A DNA stretch of 48,313 nucleotides. Source: Macrostomum lignano. Taxonomy: Eukaryota. How positions within the stretch are numbered: position 1 is the stretch's first letter; each line of letters begins with the position of its first letter. Below are positions 21,313 to 33,400 of the stretch, piece after piece. The notes beneath the pieces are model-generated. The model made no database searches. It had not been told where the DNA came from and was given only the letters and a program-made list of their open reading frames with translations. The stretch covers positions 1 to 48,313 of the forward strand of contig NIVC01002794.1 of assembly GCA_002269645.1 (NCBI GenBank), read 5' to 3'. The position numbers were made by a program, and so were the translations under genes.

Positions 21313-24300
21313 TCACTCCCCAGGCAGGTGGCGCCATACAAACCGGATACTGGAACTTCGCATTGGTTCGCGTCGGTCGTGCAAGAACAGCCAGTCGAGT
21401 GGCAGCACAAAGTCTTCGGCTTCGTTCAGGCTCTGCGAGATTTTTGGTTTGATGATCGAGCGATGCAGGATACAGGTGCAGGAGTGATGATGGTGCAGGA
21501 GTGATGATGGTGCAGGAGTGATGATGGTGCAGGAGTGATGATGCTGCAGGAGTGATGATGCTGCAGGAGTTATGATGCTGCAGGAGTGATGATGGTGCAG
21601 GAGTGATGATGATGCAGGAGTGATGATGCTGCAGGACTTGCAAGTTCTCACCTGCAGTAGGCTCCACATGTCCTGCCGGCTGCAGATAACGCCAAGACCG
21701 TCTTCCACGATGGCCGCCAAGCAGCCCTGTTGATCCGCTGCCCCCAGTCGAGTGGACAGTGCTATAAAGCCGAGGCCAGTGACTGCAGGCGCTAATTTTT
21801 TGGTGGGGAGACATCACGAATAAATGTACTTTTCTTGCAATAACACCCACCCGGACAGCACTCACCCCCTGCAGACACCCTAGCCTCAGTCCTCTATCCG
21901 GACAGCACTCATCCCCTGCAGACACCCCAGCCTCAGTCCTCCATCCGGACAGCACTCACCCCCTGCAGACACCCCAGCCTCAGTCCTCTATTCGGACAGC
22001 ACTCACCCTCAGCATCAACCCCAGCCTCTGTCCTCCATCCGGACAGCACTCACCCCCAACAGACACCCCAGCCGTGGCCGGCAGTCCCCCAGCCGGCCAG
22101 ATCTGCGGTCGTCCTGCAGCGGAGAACAGGACGGTTTCAAATTCGCCTCCAGGCGACTCCCTGGCAACCAGGTGCGCATCGGCTGACTGGCAGAGCTCGC
22201 CAGCCAGCGCCAGCACTCCATCGGTGTCCGGAGCGTACACGCTGAGCAGGCTGGCCAGGTCGGCCTGGCGCCGGCCAGAGATCGACACCACGACGATGCC
22301 GTTGCTTTCCAGCGTCAGGTTGCAGTCGCGCAGCCGCGGCACCAGGCCTTCGCTCAGGTGCGGGACGGCCTCCTGAAGGTTCGCGCAGAACCAGCGCTAA
22401 TAGGAGAGTCTAGCGCTAATAAGATGGAGTCTAGCGCTAATAGGGAAGTCTAGCGCTAATAGGGAAGTCTAGCGCTAATAGGGAAGTCTAGCGCTAATAA
22501 GATGGAGTCTAGCGCCAATAGGGGAGTCTAGCGCCAATAGGGGAGTCTAGCGCCAATAGGGGAGTCTAGCGCCAATAGGGGAGTCTAGCGCCAATAGGGG
22601 AGTCTAGCGCCAATAGGGGAGTCTAGCGCCAATAGGGGAGTCTAGCGCCAATAGGGGAGTCTAGCGCCAATAGGGGAGTCTAGCGCCAATAGGGGAGTCT
22701 AGCGCCAATAGGGGAGTCTAGCGCCAATAGGGGAGTCTAGCGCCAATAGGGGAGTCTAGCGCCAATAGGGGAGTCTAGCGCCAATAGGGGAGTCTAGCGC
22801 CAATAGGGGAGTCTAGCGCCAATAGGGGAGTCTAGCGCCAATAGGGGAGTCTAGCGCCAATAGGGGAGTCTAGCGCCAATAGGGGAGTCTAGCGCCAATA
22901 GGGGAGTCTAGCGCCAATAGGGGAGTCTAGCGCCAATAGGGGAGTCTAGCGCCAATAGGGGAGTCTAGCGCCAATAGGGGAGTCTAGCGCCAATAGGGGA
23001 GTCTAGCGCCAATAGGGGAGTCTAGCGCCAATAGGGGAGTCTAGCGCCAATAGGGGAGTCTAGCGCCAATAGGGGAGTCTAGCGCCAATAGGGGAGTCTA
23101 GCGCAATAGGGGAGTCTAGCGCCAATAGGGGAGTCTAGCGCCAATAGGGGAGTCTAGCGCCAATAGGGGAGTCTAGCGCATTTTCAAGTGCAGAAAGGGG
23201 AGACATTGTGCAGATGGGGATATGCGAGTTTAGCTGTCTAAGACTAGCGAATCTCCTTACCCTGAACATGGACATGACCGATCGGGCCGGTTCGTAGAAC
23301 ACTGGCGGCCGGTAGCGGTTGCTGATGAGGCCGCACGGATACACGCCGTCCTCGGCGCCCAGCCTCAGCAGCAGCCGTGTTGGCGAGTGCAGCAGGTAGG
23401 GCAGCTCCCGCCTGTGCACCAGCCGGCAGGCCAGCAGGCTGCCAAAGTCGGCCGGGTGTACGAGGCCGTGAAAGCACTGGCCGCTCTCCAAGAAGTACAG
23501 CACCCCGCCGGTGTACTGGCTTCCGAGGAATCCGCGCTCGCTGGCCTGGAATACCGTGTGGTCCATGTCGCCCACCGTGCTGCCCTCCTTGGCCTTCTTG
23601 AGGACGCCAGCGAATAGAGCGACCGGATCGGCTGGGGCGGCGTTGTCGATGGCGATGTGCTCAAGGAGGAGCAGCAGGTCCGTCTGGCCCAGCCGGCTGA
23701 GGCCGTGGGTGCGGTAGGACCAGACCGTCTTCTGGCCGCAGCAGACCACTGGGATTTTGAGAGGGCGGCGCGTATCATGAGGCCTGGGGACAGTGGGGCG
23801 CTAATAATGGTGAGGCGCCAATTGGTAGAATGAGGCGCCAATTGGTAGAATGAGGCACCAATTGGTAGAATGAGGCGCCAATTGGTATAATAAGGCGTAA
23901 GTTGGTAGAATAGGTGCAGGTTGGTAGAATAGGTGCAGGTTGGTAGAATAGGTGCAGGTTGGTAGAATAGGTGCAGGTTGGTAGAATAGGTGCAGGTTGA
24001 TAGAATAGGTGCAGGTTGGTAGAATGAGGCGCTTCTGAGTAGAATGAGGCGCCAGTTGATATCAATAGAATGAGGCGCCAGTTGATATCAATAGAATGAG
24101 GCGCCAGTTGATATCAATAGAATGAGGCGCCAGTTGATATCAATAGAATGAGGCGCCAGTTGATATCAATAGAATGAGGGTCCAGTTGATATCAATAGAA
24201 TGAGGGTCCAGTTGATATCAATAGAATGAGGCGCCAGTTGATATCAATAGAATGAGGCGCCAGTTGATATCAATAGAATGAGGCGCCAGTTGATATCAAT

Positions 24301-24681
24301 AGAATGAGGCGCCAGTTGATATCAATAGAATGAGGCGCCAGTTGATATCAATAGAATGAGGCGCCAGTTGATATCAATAGAATGAGGCGCCAAAGGGTAG
24401 AATGGTAGAATCAGGCGCTAAAAAGGGAGAGCTGAGCGCCAATAGGAGAATCGGCGCTCACGCGTGACCAGGCTGACTCGCACGACGATTCGTTGCGGCG
24501 CCTCCTGCAACACAAAGTCGACATCGGCGACTTCGGCCTCCTCGCCGCGCTGTCTGGTGAGCGGCCGGGCCAGACGCTCCTCGGTCGAGTGCTGCTGCGA
24601 CTGCTCAATGTCCCGCTGACGGACTAAGCGACGACTCTTGCCGACCAGCCTGTGCGATCCAGTGGCAGGCGTTCTGCTCAT
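21313..24681 (-). CDS. Sara: SARA/endofin (ZFYVE9/ZFYVE16-family) C-terminal-domain protein, about 425 aa, 5 exons, no FYVE domain seen
   Basis: complement join(24462-24681, 23261-23748, 22054-22372, 21652-21782, 21313-21432), phases 1/0/1/0 consistent. Motifs match recalled SARA C-terminal sequence: VWSYRTHGLSRLGQTDLLLLL, GFLGSQYTGGVLY, PTRLLLRLGAEDGVYPCGLISNRYRPPVF, VTGLGFIALS...AAIVEDGLGV. The start codon and last exon are less certain than the internal exons. Confidence 0.85.
21476..21635. repeat. ~9 x 17-bp minisatellite (GCAGGAGTGATGATGGT) in SARA-like intron 4
   Basis: Direct tandem units lying wholly inside intron 21433-21651. Confidence 0.92.
21851..22075 (-). repeat. 5 x ~47-bp array containing the exon 3 end and GTGAGT donor of the SARA-like gene
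   Basis: Unit on the + strand: CCGGACAGCACTCACCCCCTGCAGACACCCCAGCCTCAGTCCTC(T/C)AT. The last unit overlaps the inferred donor at 22053. Confidence 0.9.
22395..23178. repeat. ~39 x 20-bp minisatellite (GAGTCTAGCGCCAATAGGGG) in SARA-like intron 2
   Basis: Near-perfect tandem units with no unique spacers. Confidence 0.97.
23810..24400. repeat. Composite 20/19/26-bp minisatellite in SARA-like intron 1
   Basis: Successive blocks of TGAGGCGCCAATTGGTAGAA, TAGGTGCAGGTTGGTAGAA and TGAGGCGCCAGTTGATATCAATAGAA. Confidence 0.93.
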
Positions 24682-24728
24682 CTCCTCTCCGGAACGGTGC
24701 GCCGAGGTGGGTCGAATTTTCGAACTGT

Positions 24729-24731
<3 letters not shown>

Positions 24732-24777
<46 letters not shown>
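24732..24777. repeat. (CT)n microsatellite just upstream of the SARA-like ATG
   Basis: Pure CT run about 50 bp 5' of the ATG at 24681. Confidence 0.95.
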
Positions 24778-24780
<3 letters not shown>

Positions 24781-25315
24781 CCAGCCGTGCTTATCTGTGT
24801 TTCTCTCTCTGTCTGTCTCTGTATCGCTAAGCTGATAGCGTGTCGCGAAATTAAATTGCGGATTAAAACTGGGCATCGGGTGATCCGGTCCGCCCGCCAG
24901 TGCTCTTCGATAATCAACGGGAGGCGGTTGGAAGTGTGCCGAGAGCCTCGGGGAACGGCTTTGGCGAAGCTCTCCTCCCACACACACACGCACACACACA
25001 CCCATCCAGCGAATTCCGCAATAAGGCAGAGTTCAACAGTGGGTGAAAGAACTGCGTTCGGTGCGTTCATTTCGCTGACTGGTCTGTCCTGTCCTGCCCC
25101 AGATGCACACCGGATTGCCGTGGTCAATATTTTATCCCCGATCCCCCTCTCACATGGCTACTGGCAGCGTGACGAAGCGATGGGGATGAAAATGGGGAGG
25201 AAAATGAAATCCAGGGTTCGGGGATCCGATGCGGTGCGGTAGCTGCGGGGTGCGAAACTAAATCGTAGCTTTTCGGATTCTGCTTTTTTGGTAACTGTTT
25301 CTGGCGAGTCACTTG

Positions 25316-26072
25316 GGTGCTAGAGTGATCAGTTGGGTGCTAGAGTGATCAGTTGGGTGCTAGAGTGATCAGTTGGGTGCTAGAGTGATCAGTTGACTGC
25401 TAGAGTGATCAGTTGGGTGCTAGAGTGATCAGTTGACTGCTAGAGTGATCCTCTGGGTGCTAGAGTGATCAGTTGGGTGCTGGAGTGATCACCTGGGTGC
25501 TAGAGTGATCAGTTGACTGCTAGAGTGATCAGTTGGGTGTTAGAGTGATCAGTTGGGTGCTAGAGTGATCAGTTGGGTGCTAGAGTGATCAGTTGACTGC
25601 TAGAGTGATCAGTTGACTGCTAGAGTGATCAGTTGGGTGCTAGAGTGATCAGTTGTGGGCTGGAGTGATCATCTGGGTGCTAGAGTGATCAGTTGGGTGC
25701 TGGAGTGATCAGTTGGGTGCTAGAGTGATCAGTTGGATGCTAGAGTGATCAGTTGACTGCTAGAGTGATCAGTTGGGTGCTAGAGTGATCAGTTGACTGC
25801 TAGAGTGATCCTCTGGGTGCTGGAGTGATCAGTTGTGGGCTGGAGTGATCATCTGGGTGCTAGAGTGATCAGTTGGGTGCTAGAGTGATCAGTTGGGTGC
25901 TAGAGTGATCAGTTGGGTGCTAGAGTGATCAGTTGACTGCTAGAGTGATCAGTTGGGTGCTAGAGTGATCATCTGGGTGCTAGAGTGATCAGTTGGGTGC
26001 TAGAGTGATCAGTTGGGTGCTAGAGTGATCAGTTGACTGCTAGAGTGATCAGTTGGGTGCTGGAGTGATCAG
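25316..26072. repeat. ~38 x 20-bp intergenic minisatellite (TGCTAGAGTGATCAGTTGGG)
   Basis: Tandem units with recurring GGG/GAC variants. Confidence 0.96.
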
Positions 26073-26678
26073 TTAGACGCTCCGAACCAGTCTGTCAGGT
26101 AAGCACAACACGAATAAATAAACGAACTTGAAGTCTGTCACAGAGTTACTCATAGTAAGCGAGCAAATAAACTTTATCGAATGTAAATTTGCGTTAGTTT
26201 TATTGAATATCGCATAAAGTTAGTCGCAAATATAATAATAATTCAGTTGGAGAATCAAGATCAGCCAATGATTACATATTCAATAAGGAAAAAGATAATT
26301 AAGGTGTTGTTCAGTATTGTTAATTTGCACTAATTGAAGATCAAAATTCGCAGAAGTGATTAGTGATTTGTTTAAAAGTTTAGTTTTACTTTTAGGCTGA
26401 TGGAGCGCGTTCCTATGACAACAGATTGTTAATTAAGTATCAATCAAATTGACGTCAATGTGGCTTCGCGTTGTTGGAGAACCGGTGGCGTTTGTCGTAA
26501 AATAAAGTTATCGTGTATTTTAGCAAAAATGTGCAGTTTACTGTTGCAGTTGAATGATTGCACTGCTGCTGGCTGTGAAATATTGGTGTGGAGCTGAGGC
26601 TGTGAGCAGCTGGAGAGAGGGGACTGGGGAGACAAGTGGGCGAGGGAAGATAGCAAAGCGAAGTGAAGAGAGGAAATG

Positions 26679-27314
26679 GAGGAGAGGAGAGGAGAAGAGA
26701 GGAGAGGAGAGGAGAGGAGAGGAGAGGAGAGGAGAGGAGAGGAGAAGAGAGGAGAGGAGAGGAGAGGAGAGGAGAGGAGAGGAGAGGAGAGGAGAGGAGA
26801 GGAGAGGAGAGGAGAGAGAAGGAGAGGAGAGGAGAGGAGAGGAGAGGAGAGGAGAGGAGAGGAGAGGAGAGGAGAGGAGAGGAGAGGAGAGGAGAGGAGA
26901 GGAGAGGAGAGGAGAGGAGAGGAGAGGAGAGGAGGAGAGGAGAGGAGAGGAGAGGAGAGGAGAGGAGAGGAGAGGAGAGGAGAGAGAGGAGAGAGAGGAG
27001 AGGAGAGAGAGGAGAGGAGAGGAGAGGAGAGGAGAGGAGAGGAGAGGAGAGGAGAGGAGAGGAGAGGAGAGGAGAGGAGAGGAGAGGAAAGGAGAGGAGA
27101 GGAGAGGAGAGAGAGGAGAGGAGAGGAGAGGAGAGGAGAGGAGAGGAGAGGAGAGGAGAGGAGAGGAGAGGAGAGGAGAGGAGAGGAGAGGAGAGGAGAA
27201 GAGAGGAGAGGAGAGGAGAGGAGAGGAGAGGAGAGGAGAGGAGAGGAGAGGAGAGGAGAGGAGAGGAGAGCAGAGGAGAGCAGAGCAGAGGAGAGGAGAG
27301 GAGAGGAGAGGAGA
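26679..27314. repeat. (GAGAG)n pentamer microsatellite, about 635 bp, just 3' of the CUB gene stop
   Basis: GGAGA pentamer run. It is the source of the EERRG / SSPLL ORFs. Confidence 0.97.
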
Positions 27315-27407
27315 GGTGTCAGCAGCAAAGTAAATTGTATGCAGAGGTGGGGAGACGGCAGTGTCCGGTTATCTCCATCCTCTATTCCTGCGACGCAGTC
27401 TCCCTCG

Positions 27408-30400
27408 TCAGCTGCAGGGTGTCCTCAGTCCGGGACTGTCGCAACTGCAGCACCGCGTGAACTCGGCTGCCAACGGCCTCTCGTTGATGAACAACAGGCA
27501 GCCCAATAGCAGGAGAGTCAGCACGATGGCCAGAAAGACCAGACCACCTGGAACAGGCGATGGGTTGTGGTTAATGTCGTAAAGTTGTATTTATACTCGG
27601 GAGAAGGGTAAACACCGGTATTTATACTCGGGAGCCGGGTAAACACCGGTATTTATACTCGGGAACCGGGTAACCACCGGTATTTATACTCGGGAACCGG
27701 GTAACCACCGGTATATATACTCGGGAACCGGGTAACCACCGGTATTTATACTCGGGAACCGGGTAACCACCGGTATTTATACTTGGGAACCGGGTAACCA
27801 CCTGTATGTATACTCGGGAACCAGGTAACCACCTGTATGTATTCCCGGGAACCGGGTAACCACCTGTATGTATACTCGGGAACCGGGTAACCACCTATAT
27901 GTATACCCGGGAACCGGGGAAACACCGGTATACGAGACGTCGTACTTGGGAACCAGGCACCACCGGCACATATCCTCAGGAAACAGGTAGCAGGCAATTA
28001 AATAAATCAGAGACCAGGCTTATCGGGTATTTGTTCATCGGGAACAAAGCGCAAGGCAGGTGACCCTCAGCGCGCGTCTCACCTGGAGTCCTTCCGCTGA
28101 GCATGAACTGCTTGGCACCCCAGACCTGAGTCCTGGCCATGCGGCACTGTCTGAGGCTGGCATTCCGGTTGCAATCAATGAAGGTCACGCTGACATTAAT
28201 TCCAGTCTCGATGGCCGAGTAGCTGATCTGAATGTCGGGCAGGTCGGCAGTCAGCGCCATGTACAGCACCCGGCTAGAGGAGCTGTAGTCGCCGCAGATC
28301 ACAAGACTCCTGGTGGCGGCGGCGGCCCCGGCTGCCTTCCGGCCGACTGTCATGTGCTGGCCGTACGCGTCGCAGTCGTGACAGGGACAGCTGAAATCAA
28401 AGTTAGACAGCTCCAAGCGCACTAGCCAAGAGTTCGATTCGCGGTCCATGGCCTGCCGCATCTCCGTACTGGTGGGGATGTTCCACTTGCAGTCGGATGC
28501 CGCGGCTGCCCTGCTCTCTGGCGTCCTGGCCAGCTGAGCCTCCAGCCTCATGCTGCTGACCGAAATGTTCTGGCAGCCCGGCTGCCCACTGTTCAGGGAG
28601 CGGCACTGCAGCTCCGGGCAGGAGGGCACTGCGCGAGATTGTGTTCAGAGCGAGTTTTTTGGTTACCGCCGCATCTTAGAGAATAGTTGTAAACCAACTT
28701 TAGAGGCCCTCCTCACCATGAAAATCCACCTCACCTTAAATAACCACCTCACCTTGAAGACCCAACCTTCGGGACCCACATCACCTTGAAGACACACCTC
28801 ACTTTGAAGACCCACCTCAAATTGAAGACCCACATCACCTTCAAGACCCACCTCACCTTCAAGACCCACCTCACATGGAAGACCCACATCACCTTGAAGA
28901 CCCACCTCAAATTGAAGACCCACCTCACATTGAAGACCCACCTCACCTTCAAGACCCACCTCACCTTCAAGACCCTTCTCACCTTCAAGACCCATCTCAC
29001 CTTCAAGACCCACCTCACCTTCAAGACCCACCTCACCTTCAAGACCCATCTCACCTTGAAGACTGCGCCACATGAGAGCCCACCTGGGAGCCCACCTGAG
29101 AGCCCACCTGAAAACCCACCTGAGAGCCCACCTGAGAGCCCACCTGAGAGCCCACCTGAGAGCCCACCTGAGAGCCCACCTGAGAGCCCACCTGGGAGCC
29201 CACCTGAAAATCCGCCTGAGAGCCCACCTGAGAGCCCACCTGGGAGCCCACCTGAGAGCCCACCTGAGAGCCCACCTGAGAGCCCACCTGAGAGCCCACC
29301 TGAGAGCCCACCTGAGAGCCCACCTGAGAGCCCACCTGAGAGCCCACCTGAGAGCCCACCTGAGAGCCCACCTGAGAGCCCACCTGGAGCCCACCTGAGA
29401 GCCCACCTGAGAGCCCACCTGAGAGCCCACCTGGAGCCCATCTGAGAGCCCAGCTGAGAGCCCACCTAGGAGCCCACCTAGGAGCCCACCTGAGAGCCCA
29501 CCTGAGAGCCCACCTGAAAACCTACCTGAGAGCCCACCCATCTCATCTCAGTCTCACCGTACTCATAGCTGATGATAAAACTCAAGGTCTTGATTTGTGT
29601 CAGGTTGAAGATCTGACGCAATGCGTCCATCCCAGGTCCAGCCAGCCTTTCCATCATGTCGTTTTTCAAGGCCAGCAAGCTGATGCCGACAGAGCCGTCA
29701 ATCAGCAATCTGGACTTGGTGCCCAGCGAGCCGATGGAATAACCGTGGCACATTTCCAGCTGCTCCTCAATCCAGTTGCCCGGACTGTTCGAGTCCCGCC
29801 GCCTGGTGGTGAGCACAATATGGGGATTGACGTCTCTGCTAGACAGCTTGGAGTGGCAATAGAAGTCGATATCCTCAAAGCCCAGGTTGTGGCTGATCCT
29901 CAGCAGGATGCTGTAACCAGGCCTGTAGTCGAGGTCGAAACCGCAAGATATCTGTGAGTAGTGCCTCTTGGAGTTCGGCAGAATTCTCGAATCAATAAAT
30001 AGAGGCAGATGGATGTTCCCGAAGGTGCTGTTGTCGTTCTGGTTGGGCCGCGAGTCCAGGTTCTGGCAGATTGATTGCACCACTGCAGGTCAAGGAAGTG
30101 TTGCGCGTAAATTAGTTTAATAATTCGCCTTTAATCAGATTTAATCTTACTCAATCTCATTTAATTCCATTAAACCCCATTAAACCCCATTCAATTCCAT
30201 TTAGACCCATGCAATCCCATTCAAATCATCTCAATCCCATTCAATCCAATTTAATCAAACTTAATCCCATTCGATCCAATTCAATCCCCTTTAATCCCAT
30301 TTAATCCCATTTAATCCCATGTAATCACATTCAATCCCATTCAATCCCATTTAATCCCATTCAATCCCATTCAATACCATTCAATCCCATGTAATCCCAT

Positions 30401-33400
30401 TCAATAAAATTCAATCTCATTTTATCCCATTCAATCCCATTTAATCCTATTCAATCCCATTCAATCCCATTCAATCCCATTCAATCCCATTCAATCCCAT
30501 TCAATCCCATTCAATCCCATTCAATCCCATTCAATCCCATTCAATCCCATTTAATCCCATTCAATCCCATTCAATCCCATTCAATCCCATTCAACCCCAT
30601 TCAATCCAATTTTATCCCATTCAAACACATTCAATCCCATTTTATCCCATTTTATCCCATTCAATCCCATTCAATCCCATGTAATCCCATTCAAACACAT
30701 TCAATCCCATTTTATCCCATTCAATCCCATTTAATCCCATTTAATTCCATTTAATCTCATTTAATCCTATTTGATTCCATTTAATCTCATTTAATCCTAT
30801 TTGATTCCATTTAATCCCATTCAATCCCATTTAATCCCATTCAATCCAATTTTATCCCATTCAAACACATTCGATCCCATTTTATCCCATTTTATCCCAT
30901 TTAATCCTATTCAATCCCATTTAATCGCATTTAATTCCATTTAATCTCATTTAATCCTGTTTGATTCCATTTAATCTCATTTAATCCTATTTGATTCCAT
31001 TTAATCCCATTCAATCCCATTTAATCCTATTCAATCCCATTTAATCCCATTTAATCATATTCAATCCCATTTAATCCCATTCAATCCCATTTAATCCCAT
31101 TTAATCCCATTCAATCCCATTTAATCCTATTTAATCCCATTCAATCCCATTTAATCCTATTTAATCCCATTCAATCCCATTTAATCCCATTCAATCCCAT
31201 TTAATCCCATTTAATCATATTCAATCCCATTTAATCCCATTCAATCCCATTTAATCCTATTTAATTCCATTCAATCCCATTTAATTCCTATTTAATCCCA
31301 TTCAATCCCATTTAATCCTATTCAATCCCATTTAATCCCATTTAATCATATTCAATCCCATTTAATCCCATTTAATCCCATTCAATCCCATTTAATCCCA
31401 TTTAATCATATTCAATCCCATTTAATCCCATTCAATCCCATTTAATCCTATTTAATTCCATTCAATCCCATTTAATCATATTCAATCCCATTTAATCCCA
31501 TTTAATCCCATTCAATCCCATTTAATCCCATTTAATCATATTCAATCCCATTTAATCCCATTTAATCCCATTCAATCCCATTTAATCCTATTTAATCCCA
31601 TTCAATCCCATTTAATCCTATTTAATCCCATTCAATCCCATTTAATCCCATTCAATCCCATTTAATCCCATTTAATCATATTCAATCCCATTTAATCCCA
31701 TTCAATCCCATTCAATCCCATTTAATCCCATTCAATCCCATTTAATCCCATTCAATCCCACTTAATCCTATTTAATCCTATTCAATCCCATTTAATCCCA
31801 TTCAATCCCATTTAATCCCATTCAATCCCACTTAATCCTATTTAATTCTATTCAATCCCATTTAATCCCATGTAATCCCATTTAAATCAGAGCTTCCCGA
31901 ATACAATCGTTTAAGTTGGCCGCAGCAAAATTTACCTGGGAAATTGTAGATCACTTTACTGACCAGATGGGCTGCGCTGTTGCTCGGGAACTTCAGCAGC
32001 AGAGGATATTTCCACGAGTCGTACATAAAACTGGTGCTGTTGCAGCGGACGGAGTTGACGAACAGCTGGCTGATGACGTCGAGAGACTCGCGGGGGCCGG
32101 CCTGGTGGCAAGTCAACTCGAAGATCACCTTAAGCATCGTGTGCTAAAAATTGGAAATGGGCAATGAGAAACCATAATGCCTACTCGGTAGAAGTATGAT
32201 GTTTGGGAATGTAATTTGAATGCGGACACAGGGAAGGAACTGAGGACACAGGGAAGGAACTAAGGACACAGGGAAGGAACTGAGGACACGGAAGGAACTA
32301 AGGACACAGGGAAGGAGTAGAGGACACAGGGAAGAAGCAGAGGACACAGGGAAGGAACTGATGACACAGGGAAGGAACTAAGGACACAGGGAAGGAACTG
32401 AGGACACAGGGAAAGAACTAAGGACACAGGGAAGGAACTAAGGACACAGGGAAGGAACTAAGGACACAGGGAAGGAACTGAGGACACAGGGAAGGAACTG
32501 AGGACACAGGGAAAGAACTAAGGACACAGGGAAGAAGCAGAGGACACAGGGAAGGAACTGAGGACACAGGGAAGGAACTAAGGACACAGGGAAGGAACTG
32601 AGGACACAGGGAAGGAACTAAGGACACAGGGAAGGAGTAGAGGACACAGGGAAGAAGCAGAGGACACAGGGAAGGAACTGATGACACAGGGAAGGAACTG
32701 AGGACACAGGGAAGGAACTAAGGACACAGGGAAGGGGCAGAGGATGGACAGAGGCTCACAGAATATGACTCAGAATATCCGGTTTGCTTCAGGAATTCGG
32801 CAACTACACAGCCGGGTTGAGCATCGATTCTGAAGACCTTGAAGGCCTGGCCACTGGTGTACTGGGTGCTGATGTTGACGACTGAGCAGCCTTGAGTAGG
32901 CAAGAGGTTGCGGGAATTGAGCAGCAGCTTTAGCATAAAATTTTTAGTATATCGATGTAGACGTGCTTTCATTTTCATTTCATTAACCACAACGGTTGGT
33001 TACAAAAAGGGAATCTGAGAATCTGAGAGATTGAGAATCTGAGAGATCGGGAATCTGAGAGATCGGGAATCTGAGAAGAGATCGGGAATCTGAGAGATCG
33101 GGAATCTGAGAGATCGGGAATCTGAGAGATCGAGAATCTGAGAGATCGGGAATCTGAGAGATCGGGAATCTGAGAGATCGGGAATCTGAGAAGAGATCGG
33201 GAATCTGAGAGATCGGGAATCTGAGAGATCGGGAATCTGAGAGATCGGGAATCTGAGAAGAGATCGGGAATCTGAGAAGAGATTGGGAATCTGAGAAGAG
33301 ATCGGGAATCTGAGAGATCGGGAATCTGAGAAGAGATCGGGAATCTGAGAGATCGGGAATCTGAGAGATCGAGAATCTGAGAGATCGGGAATCTGAGAGA

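Noticed and set aside
24682-25312. Upstream ORFs as N-terminal extension or FYVE exon of the SARA-like gene
   Set aside because: They run through (GA)n and (GT)n microsatellites and contain no FYVE or Smad-binding motif.
22395-26072. 20-47-bp direct repeats as possible CRISPR arrays
   Set aside because: Units are head-to-tail without unique spacers, there are no cas genes, and the context is eukaryotic.
27370-27547. Alternative open frame across the last exon of both CUB genes (dual coding or frameshift error)
   Set aside because: Shifted frames are often stop-free in GC3-rich exons. Both paralogs independently end in RTPC in the TM frame, which supports the annotated frame.
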